Part shown: in pieces, positions 51,778 to 62,029 of the stretch
How the letters are laid out: each line of letters starts with the position of its first letter
Numbering within the stretch: position 1 is the stretch's first letter
Position numbers and translations under genes: made by a program
Assembly: GCA_963740355.1 (NCBI GenBank)
Contig: CAVUDW010000003.1
Location: 1,120,001-1,184,000 of the forward strand
Reading direction: 5' to 3'
Source: an uncultured Gemmatimonadaceae bacterium
Lineage (GTDB): Bacteria; Gemmatimonadota; Gemmatimonadetes; Gemmatimonadales; Gemmatimonadaceae
Length of the DNA stretch: 64,000 nucleotides
The notes under the pieces: generated by a model
Databases searched by the model: none
The model's input: the letters and a program-made list of their open reading frames with translations, nothing else
Told to the model about the DNA's origin: nothing

Positions 51778-53088
51778 TCACTTCGCGAGCACGATCGCGA
51801 CCACCTGGTCGGGCGATGCGGCGGCGCGCTGCGGGAGTGTGAGAGTGACGGCGTTCTGTGTGGTGGTGACACTGACTGGTGCACCGCCATCGAGCAGCAT
51901 CGCCTTGACCACACGTCGTGGCAACGGCGGCAGCGCAATTACCTGATCGACGCCATGCAGGATGTGCAGGTACAGTGTGTCGCCTTTCTGTGTGGTGACG
52001 CCCCACGGCCGCGGAGTGAGTGGGCCGCCGCGTGTGCCATAGATGGAGCTGCCATTGATGCGCATCCACGCACCCAACGCGGCGAGGCGTGCTTGCGCCG
52101 AGTCGGGAAACGTGCCATCGGGCCGCGGTCCCACGTTGAGCAGGAAGTTCGTGTTGCGTCCGGCTGCTTCGACCATGCTGCGAATGAGCGTGGTAGCTGG
52201 CTTCCAGTTGCGATCGGTGAGGCGAAACCCCCACGAGTCATTCATGGTTTCGGACATCTCGAGCGGCAGTGCGCCGATGACCGTGGTGTTGAACCCCTGC
52301 CCATTCGCACCCGGCAGGTCACGCTCGAACGTCTGCACATCCTCGCCCGGACGCGGCGCTTCGTGGTTGTTGGGGATGATCAGGGTCGCTGGCTGCAGCT
52401 TGTGAATCAACGTGTACGTCTGCTGCAGGCGCCAGTCGGTCTTCGGCTGGTCCCACAGGCCATCGAACCAGATCCCGCCAATCGGCCCGTAGTTGGTGAG
52501 CAACTCGGTGAGCTGCGCATCCATGTAGTCGAGATAGCGTGGGAAGTTGCCGGACTCCGGACGGCCCGCAGTCCGGCCTGTCTCGCCGCGCGGAAAGAAG
52601 TCGGGGTGATGCCAGTCGAGCTGCGAGTAGTAGAGGAAGAACTTCAGGCCTTCCTTGGCACACGCGTCGGCCAGTTCACGCACTACGTCACGCTTGAATG
52701 GGGACCGCGCTACGATGTTGTAGTCCGAGACCTTCGAGTCCCAGAGCGCAATGCCGTCGTGATGCTTGGTGATGAGCGTGATGTACTTCATGCCTGCACC
52801 CTTCGCCATTCGTACCCAGGCGGTGGCGTCGAACTGCGTCGGGTTGAAGAGCGGCACGAGGCTCTCGTATTCCGCGGCACGGATTCCGCGGTTGTTCATC
52901 ACCCATTCGCCGTCCTGCAGCACCGACGACGGTCCCCAGTGAATGAACATCCCCAGCTTCGCATCCTGGTACCAGGTGCGGGCCGCGGCGTTTTCGGGAG
53001 ATGGCGTATAGGCGGGCTGCGCCTGCGACGGTGTCCCGATCAGCAGAACGGCGGCGGCGAATGAGGCAAGACGCGCTGGAAGTGACAC
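51778..53088 (-). CDS. Alpha-L-fucosidase (GH29)
   Basis: AKLGMFIHWG, TKHHDG, YYSQLDW, IWFDG, FLLNVGP. Confidence 0.94.
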   Translation of the reverse strand: MSLPARLASFAAAVLLIGTPSQAQPAYTPSPENAAARTWYQDAKLGMFIHWGPSSVLQDGEWVMNNRGIRAAEYESLVPLFNPTQFDATAWVRMAKGAGMKYITLITKHHDGIALWDSKVSDYNIVARSPFKRDVVRELADACAKEGLKFFLYYSQLDWHHPDFFPRGETGRTAGRPESGNFPRYLDYMDAQLTELLTNYGPIGGIWFDGLWDQPKTDWRLQQTYTLIHKLQPATLIIPNNHEAPRPGEDVQTFERDLPGANGQGFNTTVIGALPLEMSETMNDSWGFRLTDRNWKPATTLIRSMVEAAGRNTNFLLNVGPRPDGTFPDSAQARLAALGAWMRINGSSIYGTRGGPLTPRPWGVTTQKGDTLYLHILHGVDQVIALPPLPRRVVKAMLLDGGAPVSVTTTQNAVTLTLPQRAAASPDQVVAIVLAK

Positions 53089-53202
53089 GGATCGCGGGGC
53101 GCTGGGGGTGCAGAACGGGGCCGGATGCGCCGAATAATCGATGCGCGTACCGGGCCCCGCCATGCCCTGCACCCTATCGCTTCACGCTCCGGCTGGCGCC
53201 GT

Positions 53203-54246
53203 CTACTTCGAACCGCCAGTCTGCTTGCCGCCGCCTGACACACTCGGGTTCCTGACCACCGGCACGATCGCCAGGCCGCGCTGTCCGCTGCGATCGGTGG
53301 CAGTGACCACAACCGCCAGCGGTCCATAGGGCAGCAAGGACACATCAGCCGTCACCGTCCACAGCGTCTGCTCGAGGCCCGACGGGGAAACGATCACGAC
53401 GCCCTGCATTGGATACGAGCGGCCGGAGATCGTGACCACCACCGAGTCGAGCGGCGACACCGACCGTACGGTCGCTCGCACGACCACAGAGTCGCCAAGC
53501 ACGGTGGCCTCGATCGGTGCGGCAATCGTGACCACGATGTTGGTGTTGAGCGGTGTACGCACCGTGATGGCAGCCGCGCCGCGCTGACCTTCACCGACGG
53601 CCTCGATGATCGCCGATCCAACACCACGCGCCGTCACGATGCCATCAGAGGAGACGATCGCTATCGAATCGTTGCTGCTCGTCCACTGAATGTCGCGGCC
53701 CTCGAGGGCTCGACCAGCGAAATCGCGAGGCATTGCGGTGAACTGCAGCGACGCGCCGATGTCCATGTCGCTGACGCGCGGCGTGACATCGACGGACGCG
53801 ATCGGCAGTGGTCCGGGCGGCGGCGGCGTGACGGTGATAACCCGCTGACCGACCACATCTCCGACCTGCGCGCGGATCGTCGCCGTGCCGGGTGCACGCG
53901 CGAGGATGACACCGTCGGAGGAAACGGTGGCCACTTCCGGATTCAACGACGTCCAGCCGATGCTGCCGACTGTAATCGGCCGCGCTCGCTCATCGAACGC
54001 ATCGACCCGGGCGGCGACGGATTGGCTGGCGGCGACGGTGTCCTGCGGCAGGATCACCGTCATGACGGTCAGCACCGGGAGCGACGGCTTGGGCGTGGTT
54101 GGCTCCGGTGGTGCCGTGGCACCGCTACCGCCACACGCGACTGCAACGACGCCCAGCACCGCGCACAGCACGGCCCTGACGGCAGCGGTGCGCACGGTGG
54201 CGGCGAACGGCGCGAGGCGGAAGTGTAGGTCGCGGAGACTGAGCAT
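53203..54246 (-). CDS. Lipoprotein with tandem bacterial Ig-like (Big_2) domains
   Basis: Lipobox VAVAC; WTSLNPEVATVSSDG and WTSSNDSIAIVSSDG. Confidence 0.85.
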   Translation of the reverse strand: MLSLRDLHFRLAPFAATVRTAAVRAVLCAVLGVVAVACGGSGATAPPEPTTPKPSLPVLTVMTVILPQDTVAASQSVAARVDAFDERARPITVGSIGWTSLNPEVATVSSDGVILARAPGTATIRAQVGDVVGQRVITVTPPPPGPLPIASVDVTPRVSDMDIGASLQFTAMPRDFAGRALEGRDIQWTSSNDSIAIVSSDGIVTARGVGSAIIEAVGEGQRGAAAITVRTPLNTNIVVTIAAPIEATVLGDSVVVRATVRSVSPLDSVVVTISGRSYPMQGVVIVSPSGLEQTLWTVTADVSLLPYGPLAVVVTATDRSGQRGLAIVPVVRNPSVSGGGKQTGGSK

Positions 54247-54345
54247 CAGGGAGCGGCAATCGGGCAGTCGGCGGACGCGCCGTCGAGGTGAATATGCGTT
54301 GCCCCGCCAGCCTTCGTCGACCGAGCACGGCCGTCACCGCTTAGA

Positions 54346-56495
54346 ATGTCCGGCTTCAACCACCTGCTTGCCGGAGCGCCTTGTATGCGTACGCCCTTGA
54401 ATCCGAGCGCCAGCAGCGCGCCGTACCTGCGCCACCTTCGTTCGGCGGTCCTGTTGCTCGCCACCGGGGTTTGGGCGTCCGCCGCCCCGGCGCAGGCCAG
54501 CGATGCGTCGGTGGCGGCCACGATTGCCGCCTGGACGCATCTGGACGCACCGCCGGGCGGTGAATCTCGCGCCGCCGCGGCGCTCAAGGCGACGCTCCCC
54601 GGCTGGAGCGTCGATGGCTTCGGCAACCTGACGAAGCGTGTCGGCAGCGGGTCGCCGCGCCGCGTCGTCGCCTGCGCCATGGACGTCCCGGGCTTCGTCG
54701 TCAGTGCCATCACCGACGATGGATTCGTTCGGCTGCATCACACCGGCACGCCGCTGCATCCGTTGTGGGACCAGTTCCACGAGGCGCAACAGATCCGGAT
54801 CCTTGCGCGTCGCGGCGATGTGCCGGGCGTGGTGGCGATCGCGAACGGGCACTTCGCGCGGCAGCATCGTGGTGACACGGCGGTCGTGAACGTCGACCAA
54901 CTCTGGGTCGACCTCGGCGTGTCGTCACGAGCCGCCGTGGCAGCGCTCGGTGTGCAACTGCTCGATGCGGTGGTGGCAGAGCGACCGGTCTGGACGTACG
55001 AGGGATACGCGGCCGGGCCAGGCGCCGGTGCACGTGCCGGTTGCGCTGCGGTGGCCAGTGCAGCAGCCGCACCGGTGACCAGTGGCGAGACGATCTACGT
55101 GTTGTCGACGCAGCGCAGCTTCGGCTGGGTCGGCCTCGCCGGCATCGTCGCGCGCGTTGGCCCGGTGAATCGCATCACACTGTTCGATGACGGACGCACG
55201 GTCGCGAGCGATCAGATGGTCGCCGCAGGGCGTCTCGGCGCGCAGCGCAAGGGCGGACTGGCGCGCATCGTCCGCAGCGACAGCGTACGCGTGATCAACC
55301 CGCGCGTGCGATTCGCCGGTTCACTGGTGGAGTCGATTCACGCCGATGACGCGCGCGCATTACTGACCGCAGCGCTGCAATCCGGTGGGGCACGCAGCGA
55401 TGCGATCGCATGGACGACGCCACCAGCCGACACGATCCGAGTGCGCGTGCCTCGCACCGATGGATATGAGCAGGCCGAGAGAATCTTTCGCTCGATCGCG
55501 GATCTGCCAGCCGTGCCAGGTCACGAGTTTCGTGTGCGCGATGCGATCACAGCGTTGCTGCCAGCCTGGGCGAGGGCTGTGGCTGTGACGGACACAGCCG
55601 GCAACCTGATCGTCGGCGCCGGACCGGAGCGCGATTCGGTCGCGTTCATCGCACACATGGATGAAGTGTCGTTCGAGGTGGAAGGCATCAACGCTGATGG
55701 CAGCGTGAAGCTGCTGCGCAAGGGCGGAGCGGTGATCAGTGCGTGGGAAGGCCAGCCGGCGATGTTGCACTTCGACCGTGATGCGAATGGCACCGTCGCG
55801 CCGTCGCTGCGAGGTGCGTTCGTTCCGCGCGACTCGGCGCGCACGAAGAACGTTGCGTCGCTGACGGCCTGGTTCGGCGTGGACTCGGCAGGGCTGGTGG
55901 CGCGAGGGGTGCGGATCGGGCAAGGCGTCACGGCCTACAAGCGCGCGATCCGACTCGCGGGCACGCGGCTCACCGGTCGCGGCAGCGATGATCGCACCGG
56001 CAGCACGGCGCTGCTTGCTGGCACTGCAGCGCATCGATCCGAAGGCGCTGTCGACACCGCGTGATCTTCGTCTGGTCGACGCGTGAGGAAGGCGGCCTCT
56101 TTGGCGCCAGCGCATTCGGGGCCGATCATGGTCGTGGCCTGAAGCGCGTCTACAGCATCGACACCTTCGTCTCGTCCGACACGCCACTCGAGCAGCCGAT
56201 GTTCGCCTACCTGCCACTCGGCGCAGGGGCGGTGATGCGTGGGCTGGACGACGCGGCAATCACACCGCCGGCGGAGCGTGATCGGGTGCTGCGCATCGCG
56301 GCCGCGAATCGCATCCCGATTCAGATCGGCACAACCCACGGCGGCACTGATGGTTCGGCCGTGGCCGCCTACGGTGCGCCGAACATCGGCTTGAGCTGGC
56401 CGGGGCGGTATTCGCATGCGCCCGGCGAGGTGCTCGACCTGCGCGACGTGGATGCGCTGATCAGGCTGATCGCGGCCGTTGCGGTGGCGCCGTAA
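54346..56495 (+). CDS. Secreted tandem-domain M42/M28-like metallopeptidase; two +1 frameshifts near 56016 and 56053
   Basis: C-terminal domain has AHMDE, DDRTG, REEGG, ID and RYSH, split across the 54346..56064 and 56061..56495 frames. Confidence 0.82.
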
Positions 56496-56503
56496 GCCGC
56501 GGC

Positions 56504-56599
56504 AGGAAATACGGTGACAGTGCACTCAATTCCGCCGGGGAAATACGAGGAAATACGGTGACAGTGCACCGAGCACCTGCACTGAGTGCACTGTCACCG
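56504..56599. repeat. REP-like cluster with GGTGACAGTGCAC core
   Basis: Direct 22-mers aggaaatacggtgacagtgcac at 56504 and 56548; inverted 17-mer at 56583..56599. Confidence 0.85.
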
Positions 56600-56706
56600 A
56601 TGGTCGCGGAGTCGCTGCCACCGGTGACACTTTCCGTCTCATCGAGGTAAGGCAGGGTGACAGGTTCGATCGCTGCTGTGAACTGACCTCCGCCCCAGTG
56701 GACGCC

Positions 56707-57222
56707 ATGAAACACGCATGGAGAATGCTCGGATCCGCGGCCTTGTTGCCTGCACTCGGTTGCGGGGGAGGATCACTTGGCGAGCCGACGGATGGTCTGC
56801 TCGCGCTCGGAACGTGGGGCGGAAATGAGGCCGGTGTCCTCGTGACGGATACGCTGGCGCATGTGCACATCGGCTGCACGTATGGTGACCTGCGCGGGCG
56901 GGTGGCGCTGGATGCCGACGGGCGCTTTTCCCAATCCGGGAGCTACCTGCTGCGCGCATATCCGATCGCGATCGGCCCGACGCTGCCAGCGGTCTTCACG
57001 GGCCGCGTCGTCGGCCAGACACTGACGATCAGCGTGACCGTTCGCGATACGATCGCGAACACGGAAGTGGTGCGAGGACCCGTCGCAGTCCAGCTGGGTA
57101 CGGAACCGACGATGGCGAACTGCCCCATCTGTCGGACACCGGGCGATCGCTCGACCGCGCGATTGGTGCCGCGGGCGGCGGCGCAGCACCCCTGGTACAC
57201 GCGGCTTTTCGGCGGTCATTGA
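56707..57222 (+). CDS. Hypothetical lipoprotein
   Basis: Lipobox ALGC; GTWGG..HIGCTYG. Confidence 0.7.
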   Translation: MKHAWRMLGSAALLPALGCGGGSLGEPTDGLLALGTWGGNEAGVLVTDTLAHVHIGCTYGDLRGRVALDADGRFSQSGSYLLRAYPIAIGPTLPAVFTGRVVGQTLTISVTVRDTIANTEVVRGPVAVQLGTEPTMANCPICRTPGDRSTARLVPRAAAQHPWYTRLFGGH

Positions 57223-57340
57223 CCGGCTGCCGAGGTCAGCCCGCACGCTGCTCAGCTCAGGCGCTCAGCTATTGCGGCGCTGCGCAACCCGCATATTTCA
57301 GGGTCTTGACCTGCCGCAATCAATTCCTCAGGAGCCCATC

Positions 57341-57907
57341 ATGCGACGTTTCGCGTCTGCCCTCGTCCTGCCTTTGGCGCTCGCCGTGGTTGGCGGGATC
57401 GCAGTCTTCCCCGCCCGGGCTTCGGCCCAAGGCCTGATGGCCGAGATGCACACCGATGTTGGCGGCGTGCAGAAAAAGTTGATCGACCTTGCGAATGCGA
57501 TCCCGGAGAGTGCGTATGCCTGGCGGCCGGCGGCCGGCGTTCGCTCCATCGGCGAGGTGTTCAAGCATGTCGCCAGTGACAACTACCTCATCCCGATCAT
57601 GATGGGCGCCCCGGCGCCGGCGTCGAGCGGCATCTCGGCAACCGACATGAAGACCGTCGAGGCGTACGAGAAGCGGCCGATGACGAAGGCGCAGATCATC
57701 GCGGAACTGGAAGCGTCGTTCAATCACCTGCACGGCGCGATGCGACTGACCACCGATGCGAACCTGAGCGAGATGATCAAGTTCTTCGGGTCGGACTGGA
57801 GCCGTCAGAAGGCGATGTTGATGACGGTGACACACCTGCACGAGCACCTCGGGCAGTCGATTGCATACGCGCGCAGCAACAACGTCGTGCCGCCCTGGAG
57901 CAAGTAA
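57341..57907 (+). CDS. Secreted DinB-family protein
   Basis: YAWRPA.GVRSIGEVFKH, HLHEHLGQSIAYAR..PPW; AGGAG RBS. Confidence 0.88.
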   Translation: MRRFASALVLPLALAVVGGIAVFPARASAQGLMAEMHTDVGGVQKKLIDLANAIPESAYAWRPAAGVRSIGEVFKHVASDNYLIPIMMGAPAPASSGISATDMKTVEAYEKRPMTKAQIIAELEASFNHLHGAMRLTTDANLSEMIKFFGSDWSRQKAMLMTVTHLHEHLGQSIAYARSNNVVPPWSK

Positions 57908-57913
57908 GGCGCT

Positions 57914-59209
57914 TCAGCGTTTATCCACCACGACCGCGCCACCCTTCATCACCCATCGAACGTTGTTGATCACGACGCCGATATCGTCGAGCGGATCTCC
58001 GGACACCGCGACGATATCGGCGAAGAATCCGGGGGCGACGTTGCCAATCCGGTCCGACATGCCGAGGAGTGCCGCGCCTCCGCTTGTCGCAGATGCCAGC
58101 GCCTGGGCGGGCGTCATGCCGGCCTTCACGAACCATCCGAGTTCGCGTGTGTTTTCGCCGAACATCCACCACACGGCATCGGATCCCATCGCGAACTTCA
58201 CGCCGGCCTTGTGCGCTCGGCGCGCGGTCTCGAGGTTGAGCAGGCGGAACGAATCCAGCCCGGCAACCTGCTCGGCGCTATATCCGAGCAGCTTCGCGTT
58301 TTCGGCATAGAAGCGATTGTGATCGATCGTCGGCACATAGTAGGTCGCGCTCCGCGCCCACTCGGCAAGCGTCGCGTCCTCGAGCCCAGCGGGATGTTCA
58401 ACCGCATCGGCGCCGGCGTGCATCGCGGCGCGGCCGCCTGACTCTCCGTAGGAGTGAATCGCGATCCTGCGACCGAGTCGGTGCGCCACCTCGACGGCAA
58501 TGCGCATTTCCGCATCGGTGAACGTCTGTCGACCGGTGACGTTGGCGTAGGTGCCAGTCGAGCCGTACATCTTGATCCAGTCGGCGCCCGCATCTACCTG
58601 CGCCTTGATGGCGACGGGGATGTCCGTGCTATCGACGATGCGACCGTTGGCCGGGTTGCGCGTGGGCGGCGCGCCGTCGCGTCCTGGTCCGGCCTTCGAC
58701 AAGCCATACCCCGCAACGAACATGCGCGGGCCGATCATGGCGCCCTTGTTGATCGAGTCGCGCATCGCGATGTCGGCGTAGTTCGACGCGCCAAGATCGC
58801 GCACCGTGGTGACGCCAGTTTCGAGCGTCTTGCGCGCATTTTCCGCCGACGCCAGAACGACTGAGTCCTTCGAGCGCGGCGCACCAACGCCAGTTGGATT
58901 CGCCTTGTCGCGCCAGTAGGTCATGTGAGTGTGCACGTCGATCATGCCAGGAATCGCCGTGTACGCGCGCAGGTCCGTGACGACCACGCCGAGCGGCACG
59001 GCGCGGTCGCCGGTGCCGACGCTGAGAATCCGGTCGCCCTGGATGACGATCACCGCATCGCGGGTCCGGTGGCCGAATCCGTCAACCAGCGCTCCAAAAC
59101 GGAGGGCACGGATCGGTGCGCCTTGTGCGGGTGCTGGCGCCCGTGCGCGTGGTGCACAGGCAATCGCCAGCGCGAGAACGATCGCGCCAACACTCAGTCG
59201 TCGGAACAT
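57914..59209 (-). CDS. Amidohydrolase family protein (Xaa-Pro dipeptidase-like)
   Basis: PGMIDVHTH, GVTTVRDLG, HSYG, VEH, GSD, ADIVAVSGDPL. Confidence 0.92.
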   Translation of the reverse strand: MFRRLSVGAIVLALAIACAPRARAPAPAQGAPIRALRFGALVDGFGHRTRDAVIVIQGDRILSVGTGDRAVPLGVVVTDLRAYTAIPGMIDVHTHMTYWRDKANPTGVGAPRSKDSVVLASAENARKTLETGVTTVRDLGASNYADIAMRDSINKGAMIGPRMFVAGYGLSKAGPGRDGAPPTRNPANGRIVDSTDIPVAIKAQVDAGADWIKMYGSTGTYANVTGRQTFTDAEMRIAVEVAHRLGRRIAIHSYGESGGRAAMHAGADAVEHPAGLEDATLAEWARSATYYVPTIDHNRFYAENAKLLGYSAEQVAGLDSFRLLNLETARRAHKAGVKFAMGSDAVWWMFGENTRELGWFVKAGMTPAQALASATSGGAALLGMSDRIGNVAPGFFADIVAVSGDPLDDIGVVINNVRWVMKGGAVVVDKR

Positions 59210-59310
59210 GACAATCTCACGGCTCGGAAGTTTTGCAGCGCTGAAAATCTCGCCGCGGTTTGTTGAAGACATTTGCGTTACGCGCATGTGCATGCACGCG
59301 AGCACGCTCG

Positions 59311-60483
59311 TCAGCGCCGAAACGGATCGATGAACCGCGGGTCGGTGTGGATCGCGTCGTCGGTGAGTGTGCGCAGGAATGCGACCACGGCCGCCTTGTC
59401 TTCCGCGCTCAGGTGCAGGCGTTGCGGCACATTCGGGGCGCCATCGGTGAGACGCGGATCGAGTGCGGGGCCTGGCTGGATGCCGCTGTTGTAGAACTCG
59501 ACCACCTCTTCCAGTGTCGAGAATCGGCCGTCGTGCATGAAGTGCCGCGAGGTGCCGACGCTCTTCAACGATGGCGACTTGAAGACACGTGTCTCACCGG
59601 CATCCAGCCCGTTGCTCTTTGAGCCGCCTGAGAGCGTGAATTGCGGGAAGCGGTGGCAGACTTCGCAGTTCGCGCCACCGACGCTATTCGAGGTGGCGAA
59701 CAGCAGCTTGCCACGATTCTCCTGCGCGGTGAGCTGGTGCAGCGGTGCCAGTCGATCGACGATCGCCCCACCATCAGCAGCCAGCGCAAAGTCGAAGCGG
59801 GACGAGTTGGACACGATCGAGCGCAGGTACTGCGCCAGCGCCTGCTTGAGCCGTGGTTCCGTGATCTGTTCGTCACCGAATGCGATCGAGAACAGTTCCG
59901 GGTAATACGGCAAGGCTCGCATCCGCTTCAGCAACGAATCGATGCCTCCGACCGCCGCAGTGAATCCGAGCTCGATCGGGTCACGAATCGGTTGCGTGAC
60001 CTGGTCTTCGAGCGAGGCTGCGCGTTGATCCCAGAACTCGGTGCCCGGGCCGAAGAAGCGCAGGTTGATCAGGCGCATCGCGGTGGCGCGCGTGTTGGGC
60101 CGGCCGTCGAAGCCGACGCTGAATCGCAGGGTATCGGCGAGCCCTGCCTCCACCTGGTGACAGCTGGCGCAGGATGCGCGACCGTTGATGCTGAGTGCCT
60201 TGTCGTAGAACAACACGCGGCCGAGTGTGGCGCCGCCATTGGTCGTCGGGTTGTTCGACGCCATCATGTTGTCCTGCAGCCGCATCTGTTCTGCGGTGAA
60301 GTTGATCGGCGTGGAACCACGCGAGTACGCCAGCAGTCGTTCTGGGTCGAGGGTGAGCGCGGCCCGGATGGCAGGGTAGGTGACGGTAGGCGAGACTGGC
60401 GTGGCGGTGTCGGCACCACTGCTGCAGCTGACCAGCGCTAGCAGCAGGAAGACGCGCGTCCCGCCCACGTGCGACCGTGTCAT
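59311..60483 (-). CDS. Di-heme cytochrome c peroxidase/MauG-family lipoprotein
   Basis: LGRVLFYD, CASCH, FWD.RA.SLE.Q, CEVCH, FKSPSL, FMHDG, FLRTLTD. Confidence 0.92.
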   Translation of the reverse strand: MTRSHVGGTRVFLLLALVSCSSGADTATPVSPTVTYPAIRAALTLDPERLLAYSRGSTPINFTAEQMRLQDNMMASNNPTTNGGATLGRVLFYDKALSINGRASCASCHQVEAGLADTLRFSVGFDGRPNTRATAMRLINLRFFGPGTEFWDQRAASLEDQVTQPIRDPIELGFTAAVGGIDSLLKRMRALPYYPELFSIAFGDEQITEPRLKQALAQYLRSIVSNSSRFDFALAADGGAIVDRLAPLHQLTAQENRGKLLFATSNSVGGANCEVCHRFPQFTLSGGSKSNGLDAGETRVFKSPSLKSVGTSRHFMHDGRFSTLEEVVEFYNSGIQPGPALDPRLTDGAPNVPQRLHLSAEDKAAVVAFLRTLTDDAIHTDPRFIDPFRR

Positions 60484-60498
60484 GTGTCGCCCCGAGTG

Positions 60499-61164
60499 CT
60501 ACGAGCGAGCGACAAGCGCCACTGCCTGCGACCCGCCGCGCGAGACACTTCGACAGAACGAGCAATCAAAGAGCACGATTTCAGGTGCCGCCGTCTTCAC
60601 CATCGCGATGACCTTGCTGAGCGTCAGGTCCGTGTGCAGGATGCGATTGCGGATCGTGACGACCGCTGGGGTCTTGTTCCGCGCCACTGCGGTCCCGAGG
60701 ATCTTCTTGATCCGGTCCGAGGCATTCGCCTTGACGGCCTTCTCCAATTGCGACGAGGCAATCTCGCGCGAATTGAAGGCGCGAGAGATGGTTTGCGCGA
60801 TGAGCGAATACGACTCGTTGACGTTGGCCGAGTTGTGGCGTCCCTGATATTTCGTCAGGCAATAGTCGAAGCATTCGTCGCCTTCGCTGAGGATCTCGCG
60901 CGGCACGGCTTCGTTCTGGTAGAACTCGGCGAACCCAGGATCGAGGACGCTGAAAGTGTCCTCCGAGTAGAATCGCACGATCGTGTCTGCGGGCAGACGG
61001 AAGGTGCCGGCATTCTTGGTGGCGCGTCCGCCGTGGGCGGAGATGATGCAGGTCGTCGAATCGCCGTGTGGCTTGAACAGATAGAGCCGGTCGTTGACGT
61101 TGAAGACCGTCAAGCCGGCGTGATCCGCGAGCTTGTTGATATCCGACTTGCCGAAGAATGCCAT
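60499..61164 (-). CDS. Cytoplasmic hypothetical protein resembling the 'putative adhesin Stv' domain
   Basis: CIISAHGG..F.LP..T.VRFY..DYCLTKYQG.H..VVTIRNR..CSFCR; family call from memory. Confidence 0.6.
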   Translation of the reverse strand: MAFFGKSDINKLADHAGLTVFNVNDRLYLFKPHGDSTTCIISAHGGRATKNAGTFRLPADTIVRFYSEDTFSVLDPGFAEFYQNEAVPREILSEGDECFDYCLTKYQGRHNSANVNESYSLIAQTISRAFNSREIASSQLEKAVKANASDRIKKILGTAVARNKTPAVVTIRNRILHTDLTLSKVIAMVKTAAPEIVLFDCSFCRSVSRGGSQAVALVARS

Positions 61165-61346
61165 GGGGATTCCGGGTCGATCGCGAGCCGAGAAGCTGGA
61201 GCACCGGCGTCGCCGGCGGGATCTCACACGAGTCCTCGCCGGGCCCGCGGCAGCTTGGACGGTCGGGGTGCCGTCGCCGCGGGAGTATGCGACGCGGGAC
61301 TGAGGCGCGCCAGCGTGCAGATGCGATATATCGGAGTGCGCCGCGG

Positions 61347-61796
61347 TCAGTTGCGTGGTGGCAGCCACCGCTCCGGCGCGCCGGCTGTGCCGATGGAGAC
61401 GCCGAGGAGCGTGGAAACGATGGCGATGGTGCGACCGTAGCCCTGCGTCGGCGTGGTTGCGTTGCCACCGAGCGATTTCAGGAGCGCCCAGGCCACCAGT
61501 CCGAAGCCACCGCCAATCGCCGTGCCCTGCAATGCACCGCGTACGCGGTCCTTGCCGGCTCCGATCGCGTAGGACCGGATATTCGTCGATGCCAGTGCAA
61601 CGGGCGGTTGATTGCCGAGGGTCTTGATGCGCACTGTGTCGGCGCCGGCATTGAGGAGTGGGCCGCTGAATCGGTCCTGGGCAACCGTCTCGATGCGGAC
61701 CATGGTGCCCGCTGGGAGATCGATGAGACGCTGGGCGTGTGCCACGGGCGTGGTGAGGGCGAACAGTATCGCGGTGCAAAGTGCGGGGATCCGCAT
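61347..61796 (-). CDS. Secreted/membrane hypothetical protein with glycine-zipper-like C-terminus
   Basis: Signal peptide; GALQGTAIGGGFG..GVSIG..ERW. Confidence 0.7.
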   Translation of the reverse strand: MRIPALCTAILFALTTPVAHAQRLIDLPAGTMVRIETVAQDRFSGPLLNAGADTVRIKTLGNQPPVALASTNIRSYAIGAGKDRVRGALQGTAIGGGFGLVAWALLKSLGGNATTPTQGYGRTIAIVSTLLGVSIGTAGAPERWLPPRN

Positions 61797-61896
61797 GCAC
61801 GACTCCAGTGGGTGCATGGTGGTGTCGGCGGCCGTGAATCGGCGCAGGATGCGCCGAAGTGTCACAATGTGCGGTGCAGCGTGTGGAATTGCAGGC

Positions 61897-61953
61897 TCAT
61901 GGGGGCGGTGTTGCTGAGGTCATGGGGACTGAGTTCATGGGGACGGAGTTCCT
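61897..61953 (+). repeat. REP-like tandem array (tcatggggacggagtt units), left arm
   Basis: Three degenerate copies at 61897, 61920 and 61935. Confidence 0.75.
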
Positions 61954-61980
61954 CCGCTTTCCAGGACCGGCCGACCGTGT

Positions 61981-62019
61981 GAAAGACAAAACCCCGCAGC
62001 GACCGAAGTCACTGCGGGG
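61981..62019 (-). terminator. Intrinsic terminator after tRNA-Tyr
   Basis: CCCCGCAGTGAC-TTCG-GTCGCTGCGGGG followed by TTTTGTCTTT. Confidence 0.85.
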
Positions 62020-62029
62020 CCTGCACTTA

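Noticed and set aside
56504..56599. Possible mini-CRISPR
   Set aside because: Only two direct copies plus an inverted one, a 22-nt gap that itself contains part of the repeat, and no cas genes.
6237..61796. Integron-like cassette array
   Set aside because: Genes lie on both strands, many have their own promoters or form operons, and no shared attC-like repeat was seen at junctions.
32479..62029. Classical tRNA-Tyr-integrated island or prophage
   Set aside because: No att repeat, integrase or phage structural genes recognised.
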